The notes under the pieces were generated by a model. That model was not told where the DNA came from. It did no database searches and saw only the letters and a list, made by a program, of their open reading frames with translations. Of a stretch of 64,000 bases of DNA, positions 41,210 to 50,893 are shown piece by piece. Position numbers and translations under genes: made by a program. Each line of letters opens with the position of its first letter. Position 1 is the first letter of the stretch. The stretch is from an uncultured Pelagibacteraceae bacterium (lineage in GTDB: Bacteria; Pseudomonadota; Alphaproteobacteria; Pelagibacterales; Pelagibacteraceae), in the NCBI GenBank assembly GCA_902515095.1, contig CABXTC010000001.1, positions 11,196-75,195 of the forward strand, given 5' to 3'.

Positions 41210-42013
41210 TTAATTTTTCAATTTAATTGATTGTTTTATATTTAATAAAGAAAGTATGAATAAGAATAAAGCAGCCGCTATTATTGAAGGTCCAGAAGAT
41301 GTATTAAATTCTAAAGAAGAGAATAAACCTAATATTACTGACAACACACCTCCAATAATTGAGTAGACAACCATTTTCTGAGGACTATCAGAAATGTTTC
41401 GAGCCATCGCTGCTGGTATAATTAACATTCCTGTAATTAATAGTAAGCCAACCATCTTAATTGATATTGCAATAATCCCAGCCATCAAGATTGTAAAAAT
41501 TGCTTTAGCTCTATCAGGGTTTAGACCCTCAGCCTCTGCTAACTCATAATTTACTGTTGATGCAAATAAAGGTTTCCAAATTAATTTTAATACCAAAAGT
41601 ATTAATGGTCCACCAACCCATATAATCAATAAATCATCAACGGTGACAGCTAATATATCTCCAAATAATAATCCCATGATATCAAACCTGATGAATGTTA
41701 AAAAACCTATTACAACAAGTCCAACTGCTAAAGAGGAGTGAGCTAAAAGACCTAGCAAAGCATCACCAGGAAGATTGGTCCTTTTTTGAAGTTGTATTAA
41801 AATTAATGCAATTAATGATGAAATTATGAATACTGAAAAAGCAATATTAAATTCCATAGTATAAGCCAAAGTAACTCCAAGTAATGCAGAGTGGGCTAGT
41901 GTATCACCAAAATATGATAATCTTCTCCATATTACAAAACATCCAAGAGGTCCTGTTACAATTGCAACACCAAGTCCAGCTAATAAAGCTCTTATAAAAA
42001 AGTCATCAAGCAT
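41210..42013 (-). CDS. znuB: Zinc ABC transporter permease
   Basis: GPLGCFVIWRRLSYFGDTLAHSALLG, LFGDILAV, GPSII. Confidence 0.96.
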   Translation of the reverse strand: MLDDFFIRALLAGLGVAIVTGPLGCFVIWRRLSYFGDTLAHSALLGVTLAYTMEFNIAFSVFIISSLIALILIQLQKRTNLPGDALLGLLAHSSLAVGLVVIGFLTFIRFDIMGLLFGDILAVTVDDLLIIWVGGPLILLVLKLIWKPLFASTVNYELAEAEGLNPDRAKAIFTILMAGIIAISIKMVGLLLITGMLIIPAAMARNISDSPQKMVVYSIIGGVLSVILGLFSSLEFNTSSGPSIIAAALFLFILSLLNIKQSIKLKN

Positions 42014-42760
42014 TTAATTTTTCTTTATTTCACCCTCATCTGTATGAATATGATCATGTTTGTGTTGGTATCGTGTTAATATTTGAGAAGCTTGTTCGCC
42101 AAACAAAGCTTTATATTCATTATTTTTAGCAACATCTATTGGAGTTCCTGAACAACAAACGTGCCCATTTAAACAAACAACATGGTCTGTTGCACTCATA
42201 ACTGTGTGTAAGTCATGAGAAATTAATAAAATTCCACAATTTAATTCATCAGAAATTTTTTTTATAAGTTCGTATAGAGCAATTTCACCTGTAAAATCTA
42301 CACCTTGTACCGGCTCATCAAGTACTAATAATTCAGGTTTTTTTGAAATAGCTCTTGCAAGTAATACTCTTTGGAATTCCCCACCCGAAAGATCACCTAA
42401 ATTTTTATCTTTAAGATGAATAACGCCAGTTAATGATAAAGCTTCATTAATAGCTTCTGCTTTAAGATTTTCAGTTAGTGTCATGAAATCACTAACTCTA
42501 AGAGGCAGAGTCCAGTCTACAGAAATTTTTTGAGGTACATATCCAACTTTATTTGTATATTTTTCAACTTCTCCGTCTATTTTTTTATAAATACCTAATG
42601 CAATTTTAGCAGTAGTACTTTTTCCAGAACCATTTGGGCCAATGAGAGTAACTATTTTGCCTTTTTCTATTTGCAAAGTTACACCTTTAACCAGCCATTT
42701 GTCATTTATGCGAAAACCAGCTTCTTTTAATTTTACTAATATATTTTGATTTGTGTTCAT
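42014..42760 (-). CDS. znuC: Zinc ABC transporter ATP-binding protein
   Basis: GPNGSGKST, LSGGEFQR, LDEP, SHDLH, CLNGHVCCSG, His-rich tail. Confidence 0.96.
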   Translation of the reverse strand: MNTNQNILVKLKEAGFRINDKWLVKGVTLQIEKGKIVTLIGPNGSGKSTTAKIALGIYKKIDGEVEKYTNKVGYVPQKISVDWTLPLRVSDFMTLTENLKAEAINEALSLTGVIHLKDKNLGDLSGGEFQRVLLARAISKKPELLVLDEPVQGVDFTGEIALYELIKKISDELNCGILLISHDLHTVMSATDHVVCLNGHVCCSGTPIDVAKNNEYKALFGEQASQILTRYQHKHDHIHTDEGEIKKN

Positions 42761-42780
42761 TTAATTGCTTGACTTATAAA

Positions 42781-42813
42781 TGTTATATTATTACATAGTG
42801 TTATATTATAACA
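42781..42813. promoter_or_regulatory. Two tandem Zur boxes in the znuC/znuA divergent promoter
   Basis: TGTTATATTATTACA (42781-42795) and the perfect dyad TGTTATA-T-TATAACA (42799-42813), matching the proteobacterial Zur consensus core. Confidence 0.88.
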
Positions 42814-42832
42814 ACCTTTAAATATTACTATT

Positions 42833-43918
42833 ATGAAAAACATTAAAAAATTACCATTTATACTATCAATACTATCTTTATTGACTATTTTTGCACCAGC
42901 AAACGCTGATGTCAAAGTAGTTACATCAATAAAACCAATACATTCATTAGCAAGTTACTTGATGGATGGAGTAGGTAAACCAGATTTAATAGTTGATGGA
43001 TATGCTTCACCACACGGATTTGCCTTAAAACCTTCACATGCAAAAATGTTACAAGAAGCTGATATTGTATTCTGGGTAGGGGAAGATTTAGAAAATTTCT
43101 TAGAAAAACCATTAGGTTCAATAGCTAAAAAGGCTGAGAAGATTGAGTTGTTAGAAATTAAAGGATTAACAAAATTAAAATTCAGAGAAAGAAATATATT
43201 TGAAGAACATGATGATCATGGACACGATGATCATGCCAAAAAAGAAGACGATCATGACGATCACGGACACGATGAGGATGGCCATAAAGAAGATGATCAT
43301 GATGACCATGGACATGACGATGAACATAAAAAGGATGATCACGATGATCACGGACATGACGATGAGCATAAAGAAGATGGTCATGATGAGCATGGTCATG
43401 AAGGGCACGCTCATGGTGAGTATGATCCACATATTTGGTTAGATCCAATGAATGCAAAAGTAATTTTAAGTGAAATGGCAGAACACTTGATAGAGAATGA
43501 TCCAAAAAACGAGGCCAAATATAAAGCAAATTTAAAAAAGGCACATAAAGACTTAGATAAACTTACTAAGAAAGTTAAATCCGAATTAAATAAAGATTTT
43601 AAATCGATAGTTTTTCATGATGCGTATCAATACTTTGAAGAAAGATTTGGTATTAATATTTTAGGTGCATTTACAGTAAATACAGACGTAATGCCTGGTG
43701 CTGAGCAATTAGCTGAAATTAGAGAAGTAATTGAGCATGACAAAGTAAGTTGTATTTTCTCAGAGCCTCAATTTAATCCTGATATTATAAAAGCTGTAGC
43801 AAAAGATACTAATGTTGCAACAGGTGTCATAGATCCATTAGGAGCTACACTTGATCCAGGGAAAGATTTATATTTTGATTTAATCAGCAACATGTCAAAA
43901 TCTTTCAAAGGCTGTTAA
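42833..43918 (+). CDS. znuA: Zinc ABC transporter substrate-binding protein with His-rich loop
   Basis: SIKPIHS, SPHGFALKPS, YDPHIWLDP, VFHDAYQYFE, CIFSEPQ, DPLG. Confidence 0.96.
   Translation: MKNIKKLPFILSILSLLTIFAPANADVKVVTSIKPIHSLASYLMDGVGKPDLIVDGYASPHGFALKPSHAKMLQEADIVFWVGEDLENFLEKPLGSIAKKAEKIELLEIKGLTKLKFRERNIFEEHDDHGHDDHAKKEDDHDDHGHDEDGHKEDDHDDHGHDDEHKKDDHDDHGHDDEHKEDGHDEHGHEGHAHGEYDPHIWLDPMNAKVILSEMAEHLIENDPKNEAKYKANLKKAHKDLDKLTKKVKSELNKDFKSIVFHDAYQYFEERFGINILGAFTVNTDVMPGAEQLAEIREVIEHDKVSCIFSEPQFNPDIIKAVAKDTNVATGVIDPLGATLDPGKDLYFDLISNMSKSFKGC
43208..43414 (+). repeat. Degenerate coding tandem repeat (about 5 units of 42-45 bp) encoding the ZnuA His/Asp loop
   Basis: HDDHGHDDHAKKEDD / HDDHGHDEDGHKEDD / HDDHGHDDEHKKDD / HDDHGHDDEHKEDG / HDEHGHEGHAH. 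Confidence 0.9.
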
Positions 43919-43960
43919 TTAGAAATTGATCTTTAGGCATAAATAATATCTAATAAAGGG

Positions 43961-44959
43961 ATGAGTACAGTTTCCCTTTCATTAGATGAAATTTTTGATT
44001 TAGCTAAAAAAACATTATTGGCTAATGGCTGTGATGATAAAACAGCATCTATTTTATCAGATTTAATTAGAAATGCTGAAAGAGATGGCTCATTATCTCA
44101 TGGTTTATTTAGATTACCAGCTTATGTAAGTGGTTTAAAAAGTGGAAAAATTAATGGTAAAGGGAAACCAGAAGTAAAAAAGATTTCTTCATCTGTAATA
44201 AAAGCTCAAGGTAACAATTGTTTAGCACCCGTTGTTTTAAATAAAGGTTTACCTGAATTAGCTAAAGCAGCAAAAGAAAATGGTGTTGCAGTTTTAGCAA
44301 TAAATAATTCTCATCACATGGCTGCGATGTGGCCTGAAACAGAAAAATTAGCAGAAGAGGGACTAGTTGCCTTTGCTTGTACATCATACAAACCCGCAGT
44401 AGCACCTGCAGGAGCAATCAAACCGTTGTTTGGTACAAATCCAATTTCATTTGCTTGGCCTCGACCTGGAAAAACTCCTGTAGTTTATGATATGGCGACA
44501 GCTTCAATGGCAATGGGTGAAGTTCAAGTGGCTAAAAGAGAAGGGCACAAGGTACCTCTTGGAACAGGATTAACTAAAGAAGGTAAAGAAACTACTGACC
44601 CAGGAGCAATAGCTGATGGTGGTGTGTTATTACCTTTTGGTGGTTATAAAGGTTCAGCAATTGCTATGATGGTTGAATTAATGGCTGGTGCTTTAGTCGG
44701 TGATAATTTTAGTTTTGAAACTGCTGCTAAAGATAATAATGACGGCGGACCACCAAGTGGAGGAGAATTCATTCTTGCCATCTCTCCTGATAAAACTGCA
44801 GGAACTAATTGGCAAAAACATGCAGATGAATTCTTTGATAAGATGAAATCAATGGGTGAAGTAAGATTACCTGGAGAAAGACGACATAAAAATAGACTAG
44901 ATAAAGGTCCTCGTAATATTAATGAGGAATTAGTTAATAAAATAAAATCTTTAAGCTAA
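43961..44959 (+). CDS. Ldh_2-family NAD(P)H oxidoreductase, DpkA/LhpD-like imine-acid reductase
   Basis: DGSLSHGLFRL, NSHHMAAMWPE, FGTNPISF, DMAT, LLPFGGYKGSAIAMMVEL. Confidence 0.8.
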   Translation: MSTVSLSLDEIFDLAKKTLLANGCDDKTASILSDLIRNAERDGSLSHGLFRLPAYVSGLKSGKINGKGKPEVKKISSSVIKAQGNNCLAPVVLNKGLPELAKAAKENGVAVLAINNSHHMAAMWPETEKLAEEGLVAFACTSYKPAVAPAGAIKPLFGTNPISFAWPRPGKTPVVYDMATASMAMGEVQVAKREGHKVPLGTGLTKEGKETTDPGAIADGGVLLPFGGYKGSAIAMMVELMAGALVGDNFSFETAAKDNNDGGPPSGGEFILAISPDKTAGTNWQKHADEFFDKMKSMGEVRLPGERRHKNRLDKGPRNINEELVNKIKSLS

Positions 44960-45727
44960 TTTAATTTCTATGGGTGTGTGATCTGAAGGTTTTTCTCTAC
45001 CTCTAGGGTCTTTATTAATATTTATAGATTTTATTTGGTCGATTAAAGAGTTTGAGACTAAAAAATGATCTATTCTCATTCCATTATTCTTTTGCCATGC
45101 ACCTCTCATATAATCCCAAAAAGTATAACCTTCTTTTGTTTCATTAAAATGTCTATAAACATCACTAAAACCTAAATTAAGCATTTCTCTAAACTTTTTT
45201 CTTATTTCTAATCTGTACAAAGCATCATCCTCAAAACTTTTAACATTATAGACATCTTCAGCAGCAGGGATCACATTAAAGTCACCCGCGAGAATAATAT
45301 TAGAATTTTTTTTAGATAAAGACTTTAATTGCTTAATTAATTGATCCATCCAATTTTTTTTATAGTCATATTTTTCTGTATCAACTGGATTTCCATTAGG
45401 AGTATAAATATTAATTAATTGAACAACTTTTTTCTTATATTCAACCTCAGCAGAAATTATTCTAGATTGTTTTAATTCATCTTTAATTAAATCTGTTCTA
45501 ATATTTTTTAATTTACCTTTTGAAATAATAGCAACACCATTATAGCTTTTTTGTCCAAATACATGACTTTCATAATCCATAGATGAAAAATCATCATAAG
45601 GAAAATTTACATCTTCAGTTTTGATCTCCTGCATCATTAAAATATCTGGTTTATACTTTAAAAGATAACTTTTGATATTTTCAATACGAGCTCGTACGGA
45701 ATTTACATTCCAGGAAGAAATGAGCAT
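44951..45727 (-). CDS. xth: Exodeoxyribonuclease III
   Basis: Start reassigned to ATG 45727 (MLISSWNVNSVRAR); QEIK, YNGVAI, GDFNV, WDY, RIDH, SDH. Confidence 0.95.
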   Translation of the reverse strand: MLISSWNVNSVRARIENIKSYLLKYKPDILMMQEIKTEDVNFPYDDFSSMDYESHVFGQKSYNGVAIISKGKLKNIRTDLIKDELKQSRIISAEVEYKKKVVQLINIYTPNGNPVDTEKYDYKKNWMDQLIKQLKSLSKKNSNIILAGDFNVIPAAEDVYNVKSFEDDALYRLEIRKKFREMLNLGFSDVYRHFNETKEGYTFWDYMRGAWQKNNGMRIDHFLVSNSLIDQIKSININKDPRGREKPSDHTPIEIKLA

Positions 45728-46044
45728 TAAAGAGAGAAAGACACACCACAACCGCAAGAAGATTTAGTTTGTGGATTAGTTATTTTAAATTGTTCACCTA
45801 TTAATTCTGAAACATAATCAATTTCGGATCCCTTTAAAAGATCAGCAGAAGCTTTATCAATTAAGATATTTTCAAAATTTAAATCATCTACAGCTTTTGA
45901 TTGATCAAATGTAAATTCATATTGAAATCCTGAACATCCACCGCCTTTGATGGCGATTCTAAAAAAAGACCCCTTATCTTTTTTTGACAACAGAGTATTG
46001 ATCTGTTTTAGCGCTTTATCAGTAAATTTAATTTCTTTTATCAT
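45727..46044 (-). CDS. erpA: A-type Fe-S cluster carrier (ErpA/IscA/HesB)
   Basis: GGGCSGFQY and SCGCGVSF. Confidence 0.9.
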   Translation of the reverse strand: MIKEIKFTDKALKQINTLLSKKDKGSFFRIAIKGGGCSGFQYEFTFDQSKAVDDLNFENILIDKASADLLKGSEIDYVSELIGEQFKITNPQTKSSCGCGVSFSL

Positions 46045-46094
46045 TATTGATCACTGGTATTACTAATATAATACTTATTAATTTATTTTAAAGG

Positions 46095-47213
46095 ATGAAA
46101 AAATACTCAAAGATTGGACAATTTAAAAGCAAAGGTAGAATATTTAATGAATCCCCATCTAAATATAGAAGCCCATTTCAAAGAGATAGGGACAGAATAA
46201 TTCATAGCGCTTCATTTAGAAGGCTTAAACATAAAACACAAGTATTTGTGAATACTGAGGGTGATCACTTTAGAACAAGAATAACTCATTCAATGGAGGT
46301 TGCTCAAATAGCAAGATCAATTGCTCGTTATCTCAATTTAAATGAGGATTTGGCTGAATGTCTAAGCCTTGCTCATGATCTAGGACACACACCTTTTGGT
46401 CATGCTGGTGAAGACTCTCTAGATGAATGTATGAATAATTATGGGGGTTTTGATCATAATTTACAAACTTTGAGAATAGTAATGTTTTTGGAAAATAAGT
46501 ATTTAAGATTTAATGGTTTAAACCTTTCAATTGAAACTTTAGAGGGTCTTTTAAAACATAATGGGCCTGTAGAGGACATAAGTTTAGTTGATAATCTGAT
46601 AGGGATTAAAAAATTTAAAAATATGATTAATTTTAACACGTATCCATCTATTGAAGCTCAAATATCAGCAATTTCAGATGATATAGCTTATAATAACCAC
46701 GATATACAAGATGGAATAAAAGCAAATCTATTTAGTTTAGAAGAGCTGGTTGAAATTAAATTCTTTAGAGATATTCATAAAAAATATAAAAATAAAATTA
46801 ATAAAAAAAATTATAAAATAGCAACTTATCAAATTATAAGGGACTCAATTGACTTAATGATTAAGGATTTAATAAAGAATACAAAAAAGAACCTAGCAAG
46901 AAATAAAATAAACTCTCCAAAAGATATCGTAAAAACTAATTTTTTAATGGTTGATTTCTCAGATAATATTAAGAATTCAGAAAATGAAATTAGATTCTTT
47001 TTAAAAACAAAAATGTATAATAATAAAAATGTATTAACTAAAAATAATAAGGGTAAATCTATAGTTAAAAAATTATTTAATAAGATTAAACAAAATCCAA
47101 AAAAATTTATCTCAAAAGAACAGCTTTCATTAGATAAGTATAGAGCAATTTCAGATTTTATATCAGGAATGACAGACCGATATGCTATAAACCTTTACAA
47201 TAATATTAAATGA
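46095..47213 (+). CDS. dgt: dGTP triphosphohydrolase
   Basis: FQRDRDRI, RTRITHS, AHDLGH (HD), DDIAY, DFISGMTDRYA. Confidence 0.95.
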   Translation: MKKYSKIGQFKSKGRIFNESPSKYRSPFQRDRDRIIHSASFRRLKHKTQVFVNTEGDHFRTRITHSMEVAQIARSIARYLNLNEDLAECLSLAHDLGHTPFGHAGEDSLDECMNNYGGFDHNLQTLRIVMFLENKYLRFNGLNLSIETLEGLLKHNGPVEDISLVDNLIGIKKFKNMINFNTYPSIEAQISAISDDIAYNNHDIQDGIKANLFSLEELVEIKFFRDIHKKYKNKINKKNYKIATYQIIRDSIDLMIKDLIKNTKKNLARNKINSPKDIVKTNFLMVDFSDNIKNSENEIRFFLKTKMYNNKNVLTKNNKGKSIVKKLFNKIKQNPKKFISKEQLSLDKYRAISDFISGMTDRYAINLYNNIK

Positions 47214-48943
47214 ACATTTTTGAACAATATTTAGACAAAATAAAAAAAATTATTTTAGAGCAGGCCAAAAATGGAGAATTGCTTGTACCTGAAAGGCTAG
47301 ATGGGATTACAGCAGAGATGCCTCCAGCAAAATTTAACAGTGACATCTCAACTAATGTCGCAATGTTCTTATCAAAATTAAATAATAAATCTCCATTAGA
47401 ATTAGCTAAATTGTTGGCTAAACCAATAAAAGAGAGTGATGATTTAATTGAAGATGTTTCAGTTGTTAAGCCAGGATTTATAAATATTAAATTTAAGCCA
47501 ATTTTTTGGACTAATTTTATTCAAAGTATAGTTAAAGATTCTGATAATTTTGGAATTAATAGCAATGAAAAGAAGAAAAATTATTTAATTGAATTTGTTT
47601 CAGCTAATCCAACTGGACCTTTACATGTTGGTCATTGTCGTGGAGCCATATTAGGTGATGTAATTGCAAATATTTTGTTATTCAATAAACACAAAGTTAT
47701 CAAAGAGTATTATGTCAATGATTATGGTAATCAAATTATAAATTTTACAAAATCTGTTTATTTTAGAATAAGAGAAAAACTTTTTAAGGAACCTTTTCCC
47801 TCAGACAATGAAGATCTTTACCCTGGGGATTATTTAATTACTTTTGCTGAGAATATAGTTAATGCAAATAAAAAAATAAATTTTGAAAATTTTGATCAAA
47901 TAGCTGAAAAACTAACTGAACTATCTATTGAAGAGGCACTTAAATTGATTAAAAAAAATCTTAATATTTTAGGTATTAATCATGACAACTTTGTTAGCGA
48001 AAAAAAAATAGTCACTAATCGAGAAGTTGAAAATGTTATTGATTACCTTCAAAAAAATAAATTTGTTTTTAAAGGAAAAATCAAAGCACCTGTGGGTGAA
48101 AACAATGATAAATGGGAAGAAAGAGAGCAGTTGCTTTTTAGATCAACTGATTTTGGTGATGATAAAGACAGAGCTTTACAAAAGACTGATGGTTCATGGA
48201 CTTATTTTGCCAGTGATGTTGCATACCATAAAAATAAACTAGATAGAAAATTTGATTTTTTAATCAATATCTTAGGAGCAGATCATGCAGGTTATATAAA
48301 AAGAATATCGTCCTCAGTCGATGCATTATCAAATTCAAAAGGGAAATTGATTTGTAAAGTAAGCCAGTTGGTCAAACTCATTAAAGATAAAAAACCGTTT
48401 AAAATGTCTAAAAGAAAAGGTGATTACATAACAGTAGATGATTTAATTAATGAAGTTGGAAAAGATGCAACAAGATTCATTATGCTAAATAGAAGTAGTG
48501 ACGTAGAACTTGATTTTGATTTTGATAATGTGATTGAGAAATCTAAAGATAATCCATTATATTACGTTCAGTACTGTTATGCAAGAATAGCTTCAGTTTT
48601 TAGACATATCGGTAAAGATTTAAATTCTGAAATCAAAATTAACAATTATGATTTTCAATATACTGTTGATGAAATAAATATTTTAAAAAAAATATCTGAA
48701 TGGCCTAAATGCATTGATATAGCTAGTAATAAACTTGAACCACATAGAATTCCAACATACTTATATGACTTAGCATCATTATTTCACTCATACTGGAATT
48801 TGGGTAAAGATAATCCTGAAAAAAGATTTATTAATGATCAGAAAAAAATTACTGATGATAAATTAATTTTTCTAAAATCAATTTCTAATGTAATTAAGTC
48901 TGGAATGAATATTGTTGGTGTTTCTACTCCAGAAAAAATGTGA
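47210..48943 (+). CDS. argS: Arginine--tRNA ligase
   Basis: EFVSANPTGPLHVGH, GADH, KMSKRKG, YVQYCYAR. Confidence 0.98.
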   Translation: MNIFEQYLDKIKKIILEQAKNGELLVPERLDGITAEMPPAKFNSDISTNVAMFLSKLNNKSPLELAKLLAKPIKESDDLIEDVSVVKPGFINIKFKPIFWTNFIQSIVKDSDNFGINSNEKKKNYLIEFVSANPTGPLHVGHCRGAILGDVIANILLFNKHKVIKEYYVNDYGNQIINFTKSVYFRIREKLFKEPFPSDNEDLYPGDYLITFAENIVNANKKINFENFDQIAEKLTELSIEEALKLIKKNLNILGINHDNFVSEKKIVTNREVENVIDYLQKNKFVFKGKIKAPVGENNDKWEEREQLLFRSTDFGDDKDRALQKTDGSWTYFASDVAYHKNKLDRKFDFLINILGADHAGYIKRISSSVDALSNSKGKLICKVSQLVKLIKDKKPFKMSKRKGDYITVDDLINEVGKDATRFIMLNRSSDVELDFDFDNVIEKSKDNPLYYVQYCYARIASVFRHIGKDLNSEIKINNYDFQYTVDEINILKKISEWPKCIDIASNKLEPHRIPTYLYDLASLFHSYWNLGKDNPEKRFINDQKKITDDKLIFLKSISNVIKSGMNIVGVSTPEKM

Positions 48944-49206
48944 TGTTTAAAGAAATAAGATATTTGATTTTTTTGTTAATTATTTCAATTTTTTTATTTT
49001 TTGCAATAAAATATTATTTCTCAGATGATAATAAAAAAAATTCTCATAGATCTTTAAATGATATAGATAAAAAAATTAATATTTATTCAAAAAAATTACC
49101 AATTCTAGAGGACAATACTAAAGATATAATTCAATATGTTGAAAAATCAGATAACAACAAAAAGAAAAAATTTAATTTTTGGAAACTTTTGGAAACAAAT
49201 GAATAA
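48940..49206 (+). CDS. Hypothetical bitopic membrane protein (88 aa)
   Basis: Single N-terminal TM; overlaps the argS stop and nagZ start, filling the gap exactly. Confidence 0.7.
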   Translation: MMFKEIRYLIFLLIISIFLFFAIKYYFSDDNKKNSHRSLNDIDKKINIYSKKLPILEDNTKDIIQYVEKSDNNKKKKFNFWKLLETNE

Positions 49207-50146
49207 TCGTCGTTCTTTAATTGTTGGCATAAAAACAACGAAACTTTTATTAAAAGAAAAACTTTTTTTAAAAAAATATAAGCCATGGGGGGTGATTCTA
49301 TTTTCAAGAAATATTAAGAATATTAGGCAAACTAATAATTTAACCTCATCAGTCCGCCAAATTTTCAAAGACAAAAGATATCCAATTTTAATTGATCAGG
49401 AGGGTGGAAGAGTAAATAGATTGAAGGAAATTATATCATTTGATAATTTAACATCAGAATTTTTTGGAAAAAAATTTATAAAAAAACCAAATGAGTTTCA
49501 TTATTTTTATGACTTATTTATTGATAAAACTTCATATTTGTTAAAATTAATTGGTGTCAATATTAACACATCACCAGTTTTAGATCTTAGAATAAAAGGA
49601 TCTTCAAATATTATTGGAGATAGATCTTTTTCAAAGAACGCTAAAATTGTATCTAAAATAGGCAATTATTGCATTAGCCATTATCACAAAAATAAAATAG
49701 CAACTGTAATTAAACACATACCTGGTCATGGCCTAGCAAAAGTTGATAGTCATAATTTTACTCCAGTAGTTAATAAAAATTTAAAATATTTATTTAAAAA
49801 TGATTTTTATCCATTTAGAAATAAAAAATCACTTTTTGCTATGACGGCACATATTATCTTTAATAAAATTGACGCTAAAAATACAGTTACGCACTCCAAA
49901 AAAATGGTTAGTTTGATAAGAAATAAAATAGGTTTCAAAAATATTTTAATTTCTGATGATTTATCAATGAAAAGCTTAAAAGGTAATATACATGAAAATA
50001 CAATTAAGGCGTTTAATGCTGGTTGTAATCTTGCTTTACATTGTAATGGAAATTTAAAAGAAATGGAAATTGTTGCTAGTAATTCACCCTATATAAGTAA
50101 ATTTATTCAAAAAAAAACATCGCAATTTTACAAAATTATAAGCTAA
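49199..50146 (+). CDS. nagZ: Beta-N-acetylhexosaminidase (GH3)
   Basis: DQEGGRV, KHIPGHG, DSH, MTAHI, SDDLSM. ATG 49199 preferred over 49136. Confidence 0.93.
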   Translation: MNNRRSLIVGIKTTKLLLKEKLFLKKYKPWGVILFSRNIKNIRQTNNLTSSVRQIFKDKRYPILIDQEGGRVNRLKEIISFDNLTSEFFGKKFIKKPNEFHYFYDLFIDKTSYLLKLIGVNINTSPVLDLRIKGSSNIIGDRSFSKNAKIVSKIGNYCISHYHKNKIATVIKHIPGHGLAKVDSHNFTPVVNKNLKYLFKNDFYPFRNKKSLFAMTAHIIFNKIDAKNTVTHSKKMVSLIRNKIGFKNILISDDLSMKSLKGNIHENTIKAFNAGCNLALHCNGNLKEMEIVASNSPYISKFIQKKTSQFYKIIS

Positions 50147-50158
50147 TATATTTTAATA

Positions 50159-50893
50159 ATGAAAAATGATTCATCGTTATTTAATGTTGATATTGAAAAC
50201 TATAATGGGCCTTTAGATTTATTACTTGATTTAGCTAAATCACAAAAAGTAAACTTAGAGGATATTTCAATTACTAAACTAGCTGATCAATTCCATGATT
50301 TTATCACAAATCAAAAAAACCTAGATTTAGAAGCTGCCTCGGAGTATTTGCTTATGGCTACTTGGCTGGCATATTTAAAATCCAAATTACTTTTACCGGG
50401 AACTCCTGAAGAGGAATTTAAAGTACAAGAGGTTGCTGAAAAATTAAAACTTCAACTGAAAAAACTTGAGCTGATAAGATTACTATCAGAACAAATGCTC
50501 AAGCGAAAAAGATTAGGTAGAGAAATTCGAACAAGAGGTATGAGAGCTGGTATAAAATCTATTTACAATAGTGAGTATAAGGTAAATTTATTTGAATTAT
50601 TAAAAACATATTCAACAATTATTATGACAAAAGATTTTCAAAAAATGAATATTCCCAAATTACCAGTTTTTACTACCGAAGAAGGAATTAAAACGATAAG
50701 AGATTTTTTTGGAAAATTAACCGACTGGAAAAAATTGGATGATTTAATCCCTCAAAATTTCAAAAATATTACAAAATATAAAAGAACAGGTAAAGCTGGA
50801 ATATTTGCTGGTTCTTTAGAGCTAGTAAAAGAAGGTAATTTAAAAATTAAACAAGATAATCTTTTTGAAGATATTTATATCAGAGAAAAATAA
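50159..50893 (+). CDS. scpA: SMC kleisin ScpA
   Basis: YNGPLDLLLDL, ASEYLLMATWLAYLKSKLLLP, LELVKEG. Confidence 0.95.
   Translation: MKNDSSLFNVDIENYNGPLDLLLDLAKSQKVNLEDISITKLADQFHDFITNQKNLDLEAASEYLLMATWLAYLKSKLLLPGTPEEEFKVQEVAEKLKLQLKKLELIRLLSEQMLKRKRLGREIRTRGMRAGIKSIYNSEYKVNLFELLKTYSTIIMTKDFQKMNIPKLPVFTTEEGIKTIRDFFGKLTDWKKLDDLIPQNFKNITKYKRTGKAGIFAGSLELVKEGNLKIKQDNLFEDIYIREK

Noticed and set aside
43175-43544. Met- or His-rich alternative ORFs (43175..43432 -, 43182..43544 -, 43200..43442 +)
   Set aside because: Shadow frames of the CAT/GAT-rich znuA repeat; no independent RBS or motifs.
46057-46074. GTATTA-N6-TAATAC dyad between erpA and dgt
   Set aside because: Short and AT-rich; does not match IscR, Irr or RirA boxes that I recognise.
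49177-49196. TTTTGGAAAC tandem duplication before the nagZ start; similar 11-bp duplication at about 38131-38151 in manC
   Set aside because: Two copies only, inside coding sequence, plausible by chance; no spacer structure, so not CRISPR.
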